The position numbers and the translations under genes are program-made. Shown piece by piece: positions 44,476 to 54,497 of a stretch of 64,000 nucleotides of DNA. The notes under the pieces are model-generated. The model was not told where the DNA came from, did no database searches, and saw only the letters and a list, made by a program, of their open reading frames with translations. Each line of letters starts with the position of its first letter. Within the stretch, counting starts at the first letter, position 1. The stretch covers positions 1 to 64,000 of IMG/VR virus record IMGVR_UViG_3300037088_000812; one strand, given 5' to 3'. The DNA comes from a virus.

Positions 44476-45507
44476 ATGAAACTAAAGTTAGTCATCGGAG
44501 TAATAGCGCTATTGCTTATTAGCGGTTTCGCTTTTGCTCAAGTCGAACTAGTGGGGGCGGGGGCTACGTTCCCAGCACCACTATACACAAAGATGTTCGA
44601 CACGTACTACCAGGATACCGGAGTGAAGGTAAACTACCAAGCTATTGGATCTGGTGGTGGACAATCGCAACTGACAGCTCGCACAGTAGACTTTGGAGCT
44701 TCAGATGCTTTCATGACAGATGAGCAACTAAAGGCTGCACCAGCAGCTATTGTTCATATTCCAATTGTCGCTGGGGCGGTCGTATTAACTGCGAACTTAC
44801 CTGGTGACCCTGCACTAAAATTCACTGGTGATGTAATAGCGGATATTTTCTTGGGGAAAATTTCGAAATGGAACGATCCAAGAATTGCTGCACTAAACCC
44901 GTTGGTGAAATTTCCAAATCTAAACATTACAGTCGTACACCGCTCAGATGGAAGTGGTACTACTTCAGTCTTCAGTGACTACCTTGCGAAGGTATCAGCA
45001 GACTGGAAAGCAAAGGTAGGTTCTGGCACTGCTCTGAATTGGCCTGTTGGCATTGGCGCCAAAGGGAATCCAGGAATAGCAGGAATTGTAAAACAAATAC
45101 CCGGAAGCATTGGATATGTTGAACTAATATATGTTCTACAGAACAAGATGCCATTCGCAAGCATAAAGAACAAGAGTGGTAATTTCATTACTGCATCTCT
45201 AGAATCTACGACAGCAGCTTGCGCAGTCTCCATCCCTGACGATACTCGATTGAGTATTACAGATACAGCAGCTCCTCAAGGATATCCAATTGCAAGTTTT
45301 ACTTGGATTCTTCTGTATAAGGAGCAGGCCTATGGCGATCGTAAAGACAAGGCAGACGCAATGATTAAGTTGATCTGGTGGATGACGCATGACGGTCAAA
45401 GACTAGCAGGCCCATTATCATATGCATCCCTTCCAAAGCAAGCAGTCGAAAAGGCTGAGGCCGTTATTAAATCAATCACCTATAATGGCAAATCAATTAA
45501 GGAGTAA
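44476..45507 (+). CDS. pstS: phosphate ABC transporter substrate-binding protein PstS
   Basis: SD AGGAGG; signal peptide; GAGATFPAPLY..VNYQAIGSGGG..VDFGASDA motifs. Confidence 0.85.
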   Translation: MKLKLVIGVIALLLISGFAFAQVELVGAGATFPAPLYTKMFDTYYQDTGVKVNYQAIGSGGGQSQLTARTVDFGASDAFMTDEQLKAAPAAIVHIPIVAGAVVLTANLPGDPALKFTGDVIADIFLGKISKWNDPRIAALNPLVKFPNLNITVVHRSDGSGTTSVFSDYLAKVSADWKAKVGSGTALNWPVGIGAKGNPGIAGIVKQIPGSIGYVELIYVLQNKMPFASIKNKSGNFITASLESTTAACAVSIPDDTRLSITDTAAPQGYPIASFTWILLYKEQAYGDRKDKADAMIKLIWWMTHDGQRLAGPLSYASLPKQAVEKAEAVIKSITYNGKSIKE

Positions 45508-45510
45508 TAA

Positions 45511-46524
45511 ATGAAGAGGATTCTACTATTAATAGCTGTCTTATTGGCAGCAGTCACAATGGCAGTATCAGCTGAAGGTTTTAGCTTAGAACTGGGCGGC
45601 ATCGGTTATGATTTTAATGCACTAAGCGCACAGCAAGCTAAAAATGGCACCTCGCCAATGCCAGATACTAATAGTTACGATTTTTCACTAGATCCATATT
45701 TCAATGGCTCATACGTCGCTAAGCTTAACGGAGTAAATCTAAAGCTTGGTCTTATGGGAGAAGATATAATGGGCACAATTTCACCCACGTTTGTTCAGGT
45801 CGGACGAATAGAGCCATATGTAGAAGCTAGTGCTAACGGTTTAACTTTTCGATCTAGCTTCCCTATGTACTTTCTTGGATTTGACGCGAAAGATACAAAA
45901 AATAATGAAATCAAGTATATCTTTGACAAGTATTATAAGGGAGTATATTTAAGCACATTCTTTGGGGACAACTCTGAAAACTCTCTCTTCACTAATTATG
46001 AAAGTCTATCTTACAAGCTGGCCTTCGATAAAACATTTGCAATGGTATTCTCAGCATCTACAGAAATTGGAATTTCACCTACTTGGATTTATGATGTGAA
46101 ACCCCAAATAAGCTTCATCTATGGTCCATTGCAGCTAGATGTTAAAGAAAGTATTTACTTTGCAGACGCAGCAAAGTCACCATCATTCTCAGACACTAGT
46201 TACAACACTCGATATTACACCGATCCTAAACTTTCATTTGACTTCGGAAGTATTGGCGTAAAAGGTCTGAAAGCATATGTGGCGGCGTCAATCTTCACAG
46301 CCGATGTATCTAGCGCTGGAACATTCTGGTATGGACAGGGAAATTCTAAGTTCAGCGCATTAGGCTCTAGTATTACTCCGGGAGTTAGTTTCACTACTGG
46401 CCCACTCTATATTGAAGTAGCCAGTAAGATTTCTAATTATGACGACAGCATTACCGACGGAATCACTAATAAAAATCCCACGTGGGACCCAATGGTCAAA
46501 GTTTCATATACCCTTTCGTTCTAG
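45511..46524 (+). CDS. outer-membrane beta-barrel porin-like protein
   Basis: SD AAGGAG; signal peptide; alternating amphipathic strands; C-terminal YTLSF. Confidence 0.55.
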   Translation: MKRILLLIAVLLAAVTMAVSAEGFSLELGGIGYDFNALSAQQAKNGTSPMPDTNSYDFSLDPYFNGSYVAKLNGVNLKLGLMGEDIMGTISPTFVQVGRIEPYVEASANGLTFRSSFPMYFLGFDAKDTKNNEIKYIFDKYYKGVYLSTFFGDNSENSLFTNYESLSYKLAFDKTFAMVFSASTEIGISPTWIYDVKPQISFIYGPLQLDVKESIYFADAAKSPSFSDTSYNTRYYTDPKLSFDFGSIGVKGLKAYVAASIFTADVSSAGTFWYGQGNSKFSALGSSITPGVSFTTGPLYIEVASKISNYDDSITDGITNKNPTWDPMVKVSYTLSF

Positions 46525-46533
46525 TTTTTGGTT

Positions 46534-46560
46534 GGCCTCCTGGAAACAGGAGGCTTTTTG
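46534..46560. terminator. bidirectional terminator between convergent genes
   Basis: GGCCTCCTG-GAAA-CAGGAGGC then TTTTT; A-rich on other side. Confidence 0.7.
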
Positions 46561-47127
46561 TTAGTATGCGGCCTCTAAAGCATTAACGTAAAATTCGACA
46601 GCTTGCCAATCAGAGTTACTAAAGCTTTTGGCCATCTGTCCAAACTCTTTAGACACTTTACCATTATTGTAGGCTTCGCGAACAGTCTTAAAAGAATGGG
46701 CTATATCCGACCATGCTTCTTGAACTTCATCTACTAAATCTTCGCCTATCATATCATCGTAAAAATGTAAAATTCTGTTTCTCTCATTACCAGATTTGAA
46801 GTCAATAACAAAAGCCTGTTTTATTGCTTCATACTTGTCAACTTTATTAATACTTGTCGAAGGTAAGTCAGAAATATTTGCGACGGCTAGAATGAGACGA
46901 CCGTTAAGATAAGCGTACCATGGCTTCACGTAATCCCAATCATCATCCGAACCAGGACTTAGATCAAACTCGTCTATATAACCTTTTGGGTCTTTTTTCC
47001 ATTTTTTAATTTCAGACGGACTTAGTCCTTGATAAGCGCCTATAGCGTTAGAGTAGTCATTTGCATAACCGTGCCACTCTACGCTTATAGGAAAGTTTAT
47101 TTTAGCAGCTATCTGTTTTGGTGTCAT
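46561..47127 (-). CDS. hypothetical protein
   Basis: minus-strand ORF. Confidence 0.5.
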   Translation of the reverse strand: MTPKQIAAKINFPISVEWHGYANDYSNAIGAYQGLSPSEIKKWKKDPKGYIDEFDLSPGSDDDWDYVKPWYAYLNGRLILAVANISDLPSTSINKVDKYEAIKQAFVIDFKSGNERNRILHFYDDMIGEDLVDEVQEAWSDIAHSFKTVREAYNNGKVSKEFGQMAKSFSNSDWQAVEFYVNALEAAY

Positions 47128-47138
47128 ATTACTTTTCC

Positions 47139-47495
47139 TTAATTTGTAAAACCATAGAGCGTTAGAGAATGTTCCTCTTTGAATATAACCCTTAAAGCTT
47201 TTTGCATTATTAATGGTTGTAATGAAACTGTTATTTTTTTAAGCTCTTTCACTTCAGTCCACGCCAATTTTGTTATTTGACCTACATCCTCTAAAATAAC
47301 AGAAGAAGTATGACGTGATGGAATTAATACGCCCGCACTAAATGCTCCACGTTGGATCTTTGATTTATGTAAAATATAAAATTCACCGTGATCTTTCCAT
47401 TTACTTGTTGTCAACGCTACACAAAGAAGCACCATATCTTCTTCAATATGTGTGTAAATTCCGCCAACTTTTTTAACCATATATTTATCTTGCAT
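47139..47495 (-). CDS. hypothetical protein
   Basis: minus-strand ORF; starts ATGCAAGATAAATATATG. Confidence 0.5.
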   Translation of the reverse strand: MQDKYMVKKVGGIYTHIEEDMVLLCVALTTSKWKDHGEFYILHKSKIQRGAFSAGVLIPSRHTSSVILEDVGQITKLAWTEVKELKKITVSLQPLIMQKALRVIFKEEHSLTLYGFTN

Positions 47496-47512
47496 ATTTC
47501 TAGTTAGGTATT

Positions 47513-47704
47513 ATGTCTAAAGAAATAACAATGAATTTGCTGCAGAATAAAATTTGTAGTAATTGTGAAACGTGTACAATCCTGGGAAATGGTGGATTAA
47601 TAGAAGGCGTTGAATCAATACCCTTCTTTTATAGATGTGCCCTCAACATAACATTTTGTCCAAAAGAATTCACCTGTAAAGATTGGACACAAAGGAAACA
47701 CTAG
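47513..47704 (+). CDS. small Cys-rich protein, LLKxxxC family member
   Basis: KEITMNLLQNKICSNCETC. Confidence 0.5.
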   Translation: MSKEITMNLLQNKICSNCETCTILGNGGLIEGVESIPFFYRCALNITFCPKEFTCKDWTQRKH

Positions 47705-48267
47705 TGGATAAACAAACAAGATTGAATAATTTGTTCAAGGATATCGTATTGAGGTTCGCTCAAGAGTCCCATTGTGAAAGTAAAAAGGTGGCAGTAATAG
47801 CAGTAAAGAACCATCGTATAATTGCTTCAGGTATAAATGGGACTGCTCCTCACCAACCAAACTGTGATGAAGTCTTTAGAGCTACATATAAGCTTGGTCG
47901 TAAGAAAGCTTATAGTTGGCCTGAGCCCGTCAAATTTGGTGGTTCTGAATATGCAATGGCTAAAATACCTAAGGGGCTAACTTACGAAGAGTGGAAGTCT
48001 TCAACTTTTTGGCGTGAGGCTCACCACGTATGGTCTAATAAAAATGAACTTCACGCTGAACAAAATATGATAGCAATTGCTGCCCATGAAGGACTTAATC
48101 TTTCTGGCGCCGACATTTACGTTTCACTGGAACCTTGTATCAATTGCGCTAAACTTTTAGTTGCTCTCAAGCCGCTTCATATCTATTATGTAGAAGACTA
48201 TGATTATGATGTTGGTGATTCTAAGTCAGTATTAAAAAATGCTGGAGTCCCTCTTATAAAGATCTAA
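47683..48267 (+). CDS. dCMP deaminase
   Basis: HAEQNMI..PCINCAKLL zinc-binding CDA motifs; likely GTG start at 47704 overlapping upstream TAG. Confidence 0.75.
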   Translation: MDTKETLVDKQTRLNNLFKDIVLRFAQESHCESKKVAVIAVKNHRIIASGINGTAPHQPNCDEVFRATYKLGRKKAYSWPEPVKFGGSEYAMAKIPKGLTYEEWKSSTFWREAHHVWSNKNELHAEQNMIAIAAHEGLNLSGADIYVSLEPCINCAKLLVALKPLHIYYVEDYDYDVGDSKSVLKNAGVPLIKI

Positions 48268-48276
48268 GGAGACATT

Positions 48277-48636
48277 ATGGTAGTTGCATTCATTGTTGCG
48301 TGTTTTATCGGTACGTTGTCGCTAATTTTAATACAACTCTATGAACACCCTCATCTCAGTAGAAAAGTTCTTATTCACATAGGAATTGTACTTGCTGTTC
48401 CAATTTCATTGGCGATAGCTATAAGTTGTTTTAGCACAGAACCGACATTTACTCATATAACTCAACACGCAGACTATTATATTGGAGGCAATCTTGAAAT
48501 GCATTTCAGTAAAGTCTTGAAAATTGATTATGACATTGAACATTTTGATTGGCGAAGTTGGAGATGGTTAAATGACGGATCAATAGCTCATCTTATTATC
48601 ACAGATGATAATGGAAATAAAATCGTTACCGAATAA
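48277..48636 (+). CDS. membrane protein
   Basis: two TM helices. Confidence 0.5.
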   Translation: MVVAFIVACFIGTLSLILIQLYEHPHLSRKVLIHIGIVLAVPISLAIAISCFSTEPTFTHITQHADYYIGGNLEMHFSKVLKIDYDIEHFDWRSWRWLNDGSIAHLIITDDNGNKIVTE

Positions 48637-49139
48637 TGCACAAGCTTTCCTATTACTTATTGAAAAATGCTTATTTTGAACTTATTAATGATTACTTAAA
48701 AGAGTGGGACAGATTTGTTCCAATGTCTTTGTCAATAGAAGGTCATCCAAATTCTTTTGCAGTTGATCTTAATTATTCTAGAGATTACAGCAAAATGCGC
48801 GGGACAGATAACACAGAAGCTATTTTCATGGAAGTAGTGAGTATAGACCCAATAGTAAATAGTTCACAATATTTTGCATTAAGAAAGCTTCACGATCGAT
48901 ATAGAGCTGAAAGTCAAACGCCAATTACAGAAACTCTTACTTTAAAAATAATAGACAACAGAATTTGCTATAATGTAATCAGTTCTATAAAAGTAGACTG
49001 GATTACTCTTTCATATGAACAATCAATAGAGATTGATTCGGCTGGGTATCCAGTGTTGTTTAGTGACCAGTGCATATATAGGATTAAAGTTAGATTCATT
49101 CTATCCAAAAAGAGTGCATTTAAATTAGTAAAGGAGTAA
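48636..49139 (+). CDS. hypothetical protein
   Basis: ATGA-coupled ORF. Confidence 0.5.
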   Translation: MHKLSYYLLKNAYFELINDYLKEWDRFVPMSLSIEGHPNSFAVDLNYSRDYSKMRGTDNTEAIFMEVVSIDPIVNSSQYFALRKLHDRYRAESQTPITETLTLKIIDNRICYNVISSIKVDWITLSYEQSIEIDSAGYPVLFSDQCIYRIKVRFILSKKSAFKLVKE

Positions 49140-49142
49140 TAA

Positions 49143-49667
49143 ATGTTACTAAAGTTTGCGACGACCAGGATGGTCGCGTCCCCCACGCGGGGGCACCCCA
49201 CAGATGCTGGAATTGATTTCTATCTCCCTAAATTAAACCAAGATCTAGTTGCTTTACTTCTAGAGAAGAAATGTGTCTTTGGTACAAACGCTAACCGACA
49301 AGACAACAAAAACTATATTGTCATAAAGCCAGGTAATAACGTTGCAATTCCATCAGGCATTAAGGTAGAAATACCTTACGGACATATGGGTCTATTTCTC
49401 AATAAGAGCAGCGTAGCTTCAAAAAAGAATCTTCTAATCGGAGCTCAAGTTATAGATACCTTTTATTCTGGCGAAGTTCATATTGACCTTCATAATACTG
49501 GCACTGAAGAAGTAATGATTTATGAGGGTGATAAATTAGCGCAAATGATTTTAGTCCCTATTCTTAATTGCGACCTTATCAATGTTACAGAAAATGAACT
49601 CTATAATTGGATGAAGCAAGAACAATTTAGAGATGCGGGCGGCTTTGGATCTACGGACAAGAAGTGA
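49143..49667 (+). CDS. dut: dUTPase
   Basis: SD AAGGAG; AGIDF, IPYGHMGLF, GAQVIDTFYSGE, RDAGGFGSTD motifs. Confidence 0.85.
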   Translation: MLLKFATTRMVASPTRGHPTDAGIDFYLPKLNQDLVALLLEKKCVFGTNANRQDNKNYIVIKPGNNVAIPSGIKVEIPYGHMGLFLNKSSVASKKNLLIGAQVIDTFYSGEVHIDLHNTGTEEVMIYEGDKLAQMILVPILNCDLINVTENELYNWMKQEQFRDAGGFGSTDKK

Positions 49668-49894
49668 AAAAAGAAAAGGTTCTTAAGCTATTAAAAGACG
49701 AGGTCTGTTATAATTGCGACTGGCTGGCTAGATTTGCAAAGACTAAAGAGCCAGCCTGTCTCCTTAGAGTCAGCACTCTTCCTAAGAACCTAATGTGCGA
49801 TGATTTTGAAAAACGTAAAAAATCAAAGTATTTTGATATAGATGAGATAACAGTACTCAATGACAAAGAAAGAGATAACAAAGAGACTTCTTAA
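49664..49894 (+). CDS. small Cys-rich protein, LLKxxxC family member (GTG start)
   Basis: KEKVLKLLKDEVCYNCDW. Confidence 0.45.
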   Translation: MKKEKVLKLLKDEVCYNCDWLARFAKTKEPACLLRVSTLPKNLMCDDFEKRKKSKYFDIDEITVLNDKERDNKETS

Positions 49895-50186
49895 AGACGA
49901 AACCTGTATTCATTGCAAGTATAATAACCGAGGGGTTTGTACTAAAGACGAAAAGAACAACATAGATATACCTAAAGAACAAACTTGTGAACAATTTGAA
50001 AGAGGCCAATGGGCCCGAAAACTAAAAGTTACTTGGAGCCAACAGGCATATCAAGATCTGAAAGCCTGGCAAGGTATAGACGTAGAAGAAGAATTGATTA
50101 AAGCTGTTAGCGAAGAGATGAAGAACGAAATAGATAAGGTAATTGAAAATGACCAAAAAAGAACTAACAAACTTACTAAAAGATAA
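49860..50186 (+). CDS. small Cys-rich protein, LLKxxxC family member
   Basis: KKEITKRLLKDETCIHC..C..C. Confidence 0.5.
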   Translation: MTKKEITKRLLKDETCIHCKYNNRGVCTKDEKNNIDIPKEQTCEQFERGQWARKLKVTWSQQAYQDLKAWQGIDVEEELIKAVSEEMKNEIDKVIENDQKRTNKLTKR

Positions 50187-51906
50187 AGCTCAAAACTTAA
50201 GTAAAGAAGAAAATGAATTTCTTGACGAGGAGATAAAAGCCTTCAAGGTTCAAGATGATGATTTCAAAAAATTAGTTAAGCTGATTGAATCTAAAGAAAT
50301 ACTTACCAATAACCCAAATAATCTTTTATCACTTTACTTATTAGGCTTGGCGCCCAAACCAATAAAACTTAGGCATTATTATTCTCTAGCAGATATGGCA
50401 GATATCGATAACGACATCAGCCCCAACGGTCGTGATATTGTAAAAGACTGGTTGAAGAAAAAGTTTGGCGAAGAGAATTGTGTAAGCATTGGTACTTATG
50501 GTACACTTGGTGTTAAAGGATCAGTTCAGGAAGTATCACGCGTCTACAATATAGCGCCATCTGAATATTTAACAGTTAGTAAATTAGTATCAGATGAAGA
50601 TAAAGATTTAGACATAAGTGAGATAAAAGAAAAGTATCCACCTGTAGCAACTTTCCTGAAAGAACATCCTGAAGTCGAAGAGACGATGATCAAATTGACT
50701 GGCATGAAAAAGAATATCGGTCAACATGCTGGAGGCTTTATAGTTAGTTCAGATAACGTCTTCGATCATATTCCTATAGTAAGAGCTAATAAGGGTTATG
50801 TGACCGGCTGGCAGGAATCAGGGGCAGTTAAAGAACTAGAAGCCCTTGGCTGGATCAAAGTAGACTTATTAGGTTTAAGCTGTGTAGAGCAAATACAGCT
50901 TTGTGTAAAAGAAATAAATAGAAAGAAGGGTAAGGACTTCATTAAAGATCCTTACTTGTTACCTGTAGATGATCCAAAGGTTTACGACTTTATAAATACT
51001 TTACAATTGGATAACATCTTTCAAATGGAGTCTAGAGTGTTCGTAGAAGCTGTAAGGCAGATTAGGCCAAGAAGCTTACAGGATATTTCAAACATATCTA
51101 CTCTCATTCGACCAGGAGCAGCCTGTACCGTCGATGAGTATAAAGCATCTGAACATATTGACTTCGACAAAATACCAAAGTGTCTTCATAAAATCTATGA
51201 TCAAACGCGTGGCTGGATGCTTTATCAAGAACAGCTCCTACAAATTCTTATGGAGCTTGGCGGTTTTACGATCTTTGAGGCAGATAAGGTCCGAAGACTA
51301 GTTAGGAAAATTGGTAAGTCTAAAACTACCGAAGAAAATCGTGACACGATGTATGCTGAGACTGACGTCTACAAGATTGGCTATTTAAAGCATGCCATAA
51401 AGAAAATTATGGAAGAAGATGGTTGGCCAGAAAAGACCTATATAGAAATAATCAAAGACAGCGATGGAAGGCCAATTAAGGATCCAAAAACAGGCCAGCC
51501 AAAATCTATCGAGCACATAGGAGCTCAAAATTATGCTGATGCTCAATGGAACGCTCTTATGGGCCAGGCAAAATATTGTCTCGAAGAAAATGAGTTGATT
51601 AAGCTGGCTAACGGAAAGCGCAAGAAGATTAAGCATTTGAAAATAGGCGATGTGATTACCGCTTATACTAACGGTGAACTTAAAGACGTTCCAGTTGTTC
51701 AGAAACACGACAACGGTATGAAAGAAGTATATGAGGTGACGACCGATAAAGGTACGGTCCTTCGCTGCACAGGCGACCACAAGTTCTTGACCAACAAAGG
51801 ACTGAAGACTTTACTTGAAATATGGAATGAACGATTAGAAATATTAGAGAGGGAGGATGCGAATGACAACACAGGAAAAGATCGCAAAAATAAGAGAAAT
51901 ATATAA
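50149..51906 (+). CDS. dnaE: DNA polymerase III alpha (DnaE) palm/fingers fragment fused to split-intein N half
   Basis: MADIDNDIS, GQHAGGFIVS, GWIKVDLLGLS match DnaE; ends ..GQAKY then CLEENELIKL..TGDHKF intein. Confidence 0.8.
   Translation: MTKKELTNLLKDKAQNLSKEENEFLDEEIKAFKVQDDDFKKLVKLIESKEILTNNPNNLLSLYLLGLAPKPIKLRHYYSLADMADIDNDISPNGRDIVKDWLKKKFGEENCVSIGTYGTLGVKGSVQEVSRVYNIAPSEYLTVSKLVSDEDKDLDISEIKEKYPPVATFLKEHPEVEETMIKLTGMKKNIGQHAGGFIVSSDNVFDHIPIVRANKGYVTGWQESGAVKELEALGWIKVDLLGLSCVEQIQLCVKEINRKKGKDFIKDPYLLPVDDPKVYDFINTLQLDNIFQMESRVFVEAVRQIRPRSLQDISNISTLIRPGAACTVDEYKASEHIDFDKIPKCLHKIYDQTRGWMLYQEQLLQILMELGGFTIFEADKVRRLVRKIGKSKTTEENRDTMYAETDVYKIGYLKHAIKKIMEEDGWPEKTYIEIIKDSDGRPIKDPKTGQPKSIEHIGAQNYADAQWNALMGQAKYCLEENELIKLANGKRKKIKHLKIGDVITAYTNGELKDVPVVQKHDNGMKEVYEVTTDKGTVLRCTGDHKFLTNKGLKTLLEIWNERLEILEREDANDNTGKDRKNKRNI
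51577..51903 (+). mobile_element. DnaE-type split intein, N half (IntN)
   Basis: Starts Cys1; block B TGDHKF; VQKHDNGMKEVYEV..GTVLRCTGDHKFLT closely parallels cyanobacterial DnaE IntN. Confidence 0.75.
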
Positions 51907-52306
51907 ATCTATATTAGAAACTATAGACCTCGCAATAAATGAAAAATTTGATGAAAGGGTAATTTGGAAGTTTCCTTATAACCCAAATTGGGATTATTTC
52001 GACATACCAAGCTTTAGTTTAAGCACGTTACAATTTGCCAGAGATTATTTTATTAGCAAGGGTTTTGATTTTCCATCTTATGGTAAAGCTACAACTACTG
52101 AAGAAGTTCTAAAACAATTACAAGATTCTTATTCCAACAGTGCAAATAATGATAGAGGTAATATCACTGTTAAATTAATTGATCCAAACAAATTCATTTT
52201 CAGTTTAGGCCTGAAAGTCTTAGATGAGCACAATAATTTTTCTACTGATGATTTATTAAAGAAGATTATCAAGGTCTTAGAGAACAAGAATAATGCGATT
52301 ATATAA
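51857..52306 (+). CDS. hypothetical protein (between intein halves)
   Basis: ORF. Confidence 0.45.
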   Translation: MRMTTQEKIAKIREIYKSILETIDLAINEKFDERVIWKFPYNPNWDYFDIPSFSLSTLQFARDYFISKGFDFPSYGKATTTEEVLKQLQDSYSNSANNDRGNITVKLIDPNKFIFSLGLKVLDEHNNFSTDDLLKKIIKVLENKNNAII

Positions 52307-52514
52307 ATACTTTAAGTGGGATAGAGCAAAAGAAGTACTACTTAATAATACGCTTTGGTTTGCTGATCTTTTTCATCAAAATGACGTTCTCGAAAGTGTT
52401 ATAATGTTTGATAAACAGCTGGATGTGAATGGTATACCGCTACCTTTACCTAGGGTAATATATCAGTATCAACTCTACTAAAACAACATAAACCTATATC
52501 TTTGCTATTACCTT

Positions 52515-52973
52515 TTGGGAAAAATTTTGATGTGGTCGCACTACGCAAACAATGATGGTATCTGCCTTGCTTTTGATTTTTATTTGACAAATACTTTTGC
52601 TTTGGGCGGCGTTAAATTGGGAGGACTTGATGGAAATAGCGGAGCTTACTACGGTAAGGTAGATTATTCTACAGTTTTCTTTACACTTAGTTATGATGGC
52701 GGATATGGATTTGGGGCTAATGAAATTAAAGAATTCATGACACATAAGCTACCAAATTGGTCATATGAAAACGAAGAAAGAATTTGGATCGTTGGCCGAA
52801 CCAATGTAGGTATCGCTATGTTGCCGCATACAATTAAAGAAGTGATCTTTGGAATCAGGTCAACTGATGTTGACAAAGAATCAATTTATACCAAATATCA
52901 AAACGAATACTCGTTCTTTCAAATTGATGTTGATCCTAAGAACGATCGGTATATTAAAAAATCTTATCCATAG
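52515..52973 (+). CDS. hypothetical protein (between intein halves)
   Basis: ORF. Confidence 0.45.
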   Translation: MGKILMWSHYANNDGICLAFDFYLTNTFALGGVKLGGLDGNSGAYYGKVDYSTVFFTLSYDGGYGFGANEIKEFMTHKLPNWSYENEERIWIVGRTNVGIAMLPHTIKEVIFGIRSTDVDKESIYTKYQNEYSFFQIDVDPKNDRYIKKSYP

Positions 52974-52982
52974 GAGCTTCAA

Positions 52983-53267
52983 ATGATATCCTGTGAAGAC
53001 TGTGGCTATACTATAGCAGTTATGTATTTTAACGATCCTTGCCCTCGTTGTAGTGGAAAAATGTTAACTGGACAGCAGTTATATCCATCAGTAATGGAGA
53101 ATAATGAAAAAATCGAAGAGAAATTTCTATTTGTTCAAAAGGATTTACTTAATAATAAAACTAGTCAATCTGATGGTTTTAGAGTCTATGTTCGTAATAA
53201 AGAGGGACCGATAAAACACATTCATATCGAAAAGAATGAGTGGGAAAAGACGCTTGTATTAGAATAG
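52983..53267 (+). CDS. zinc-ribbon protein
   Basis: CEDCG..(13)..CPRC. Confidence 0.4.
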   Translation: MISCEDCGYTIAVMYFNDPCPRCSGKMLTGQQLYPSVMENNEKIEEKFLFVQKDLLNNKTSQSDGFRVYVRNKEGPIKHIHIEKNEWEKTLVLE

Positions 53268-53487
53268 ATATAGCAGAATATTTTTCTCACTCAAGCCATA
53301 ATATGAGATTAAACAATTCTGAAAAGAAAAGGTTCATTTTAATAATGCAGAGAGATTGGCAAAGAGTTAAAGAATTATGGAATAAGAATAATCCAAACAA
53401 TCGAATAGAGATTAATGCCCCTATGCCCGATTATTCTAATTTGAATTCAACTTGATATTTTTCAACGTGCCGCAAAGATAAGCTTAT

Positions 53488-54411
53488 ATGGCAAATTGCA
53501 AATATTGTAACAAACAAATACAAAACAGAAGTCCTGGGTCTCACTACTATCACAACCCTGAGTGTTATGAAAAGTATAAGGCAGACACAGCTAGTGAGTT
53601 AGAAAAACTCAGATCTGAAGATGCTTTAATTAAATGTGTCGTATGCGGTAAAGAATTTAAGATGTTATCGCCGCATTTAAAGCGTGAACATAATCTTACT
53701 AAGCGTGAATATAAACACAAATACAAGGCAGAAGTAGTAGCGCCTAAACTATCTAATGATTTCAAAGAATTTTGGAAAGGAAAGAATGCTGGCGAGAACA
53801 ACGGAATGTATGGCAAAGAACCCTGGAATAAAGATGAAACTAGAAAAGACGAAATAAAAGAAAAACTAGGTGGCCATAAGAAGGGTAAGAAGCTAGATCA
53901 AATAATCTATAGGACGGACCCCAATAAAACTAGAGAAAAATTGGCTGAAGCTAAAATCGGAATAACCGGCGAAGATGCAAATGCATATGGGCCGCATAAC
54001 GTATCTGAAGAAGGGCGATTAAATATGAAACTAGGTTGTGCAAAAGCTTTAGGTAACTTCATAAAAAATCGAACTTCAAAATATGAAATAGAAGTAATGA
54101 CTTATATAAAAGATATGTATCCTTCTGTAAGAACTAGTGAAAAAATTGGCTTCTATCACGCTGATGGTTTTATACCAGAGCTTAATTTAGTGATTGAATG
54201 CGACGGATCTTATTGGCACGCCGGTATACACAAGTTGATCGAAGAAGACAAACTTAACGCGCAACAGAAACACGTTTATAGATACGATAAGCAAAAAACT
54301 AGTTATCTAATAAATCACAAGTATTTGTTAATAAGAATATTAGAAACAGACTTTCAAAGACATAAAAAGATAGGAGATACAAGAGCATGGCTCAGCACCT
54401 TATTAAAATAA
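53488..54411 (+). CDS. free-standing homing endonuclease (zinc fingers, NUMOD-like motif, Vsr/DUF559-like domain)
   Basis: CKYCNK..H..C; VVCGKEF..H; NNGMYGKEPWNK; C-terminal VIECDGSYWH. Confidence 0.6.
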   Translation: MANCKYCNKQIQNRSPGSHYYHNPECYEKYKADTASELEKLRSEDALIKCVVCGKEFKMLSPHLKREHNLTKREYKHKYKAEVVAPKLSNDFKEFWKGKNAGENNGMYGKEPWNKDETRKDEIKEKLGGHKKGKKLDQIIYRTDPNKTREKLAEAKIGITGEDANAYGPHNVSEEGRLNMKLGCAKALGNFIKNRTSKYEIEVMTYIKDMYPSVRTSEKIGFYHADGFIPELNLVIECDGSYWHAGIHKLIEEDKLNAQQKHVYRYDKQKTSYLINHKYLLIRILETDFQRHKKIGDTRAWLSTLLK

Positions 54412-54497
54412 AATCATTAGGTAAAAAGAGAGTTTATAACTTTGGGATAGATACTCCAGAGCACATTTGGCTTTACAAGAACTTGCTGTCGGAGCAG
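54387..54497 (+). mobile_element. DnaE-type split intein, C half (IntC), ending in Gln with Ser +1
   Basis: MAQHLIKIKSLGKKRVYNFGIDTPEHIWLYKNLLSEQ then S. Confidence 0.7.
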
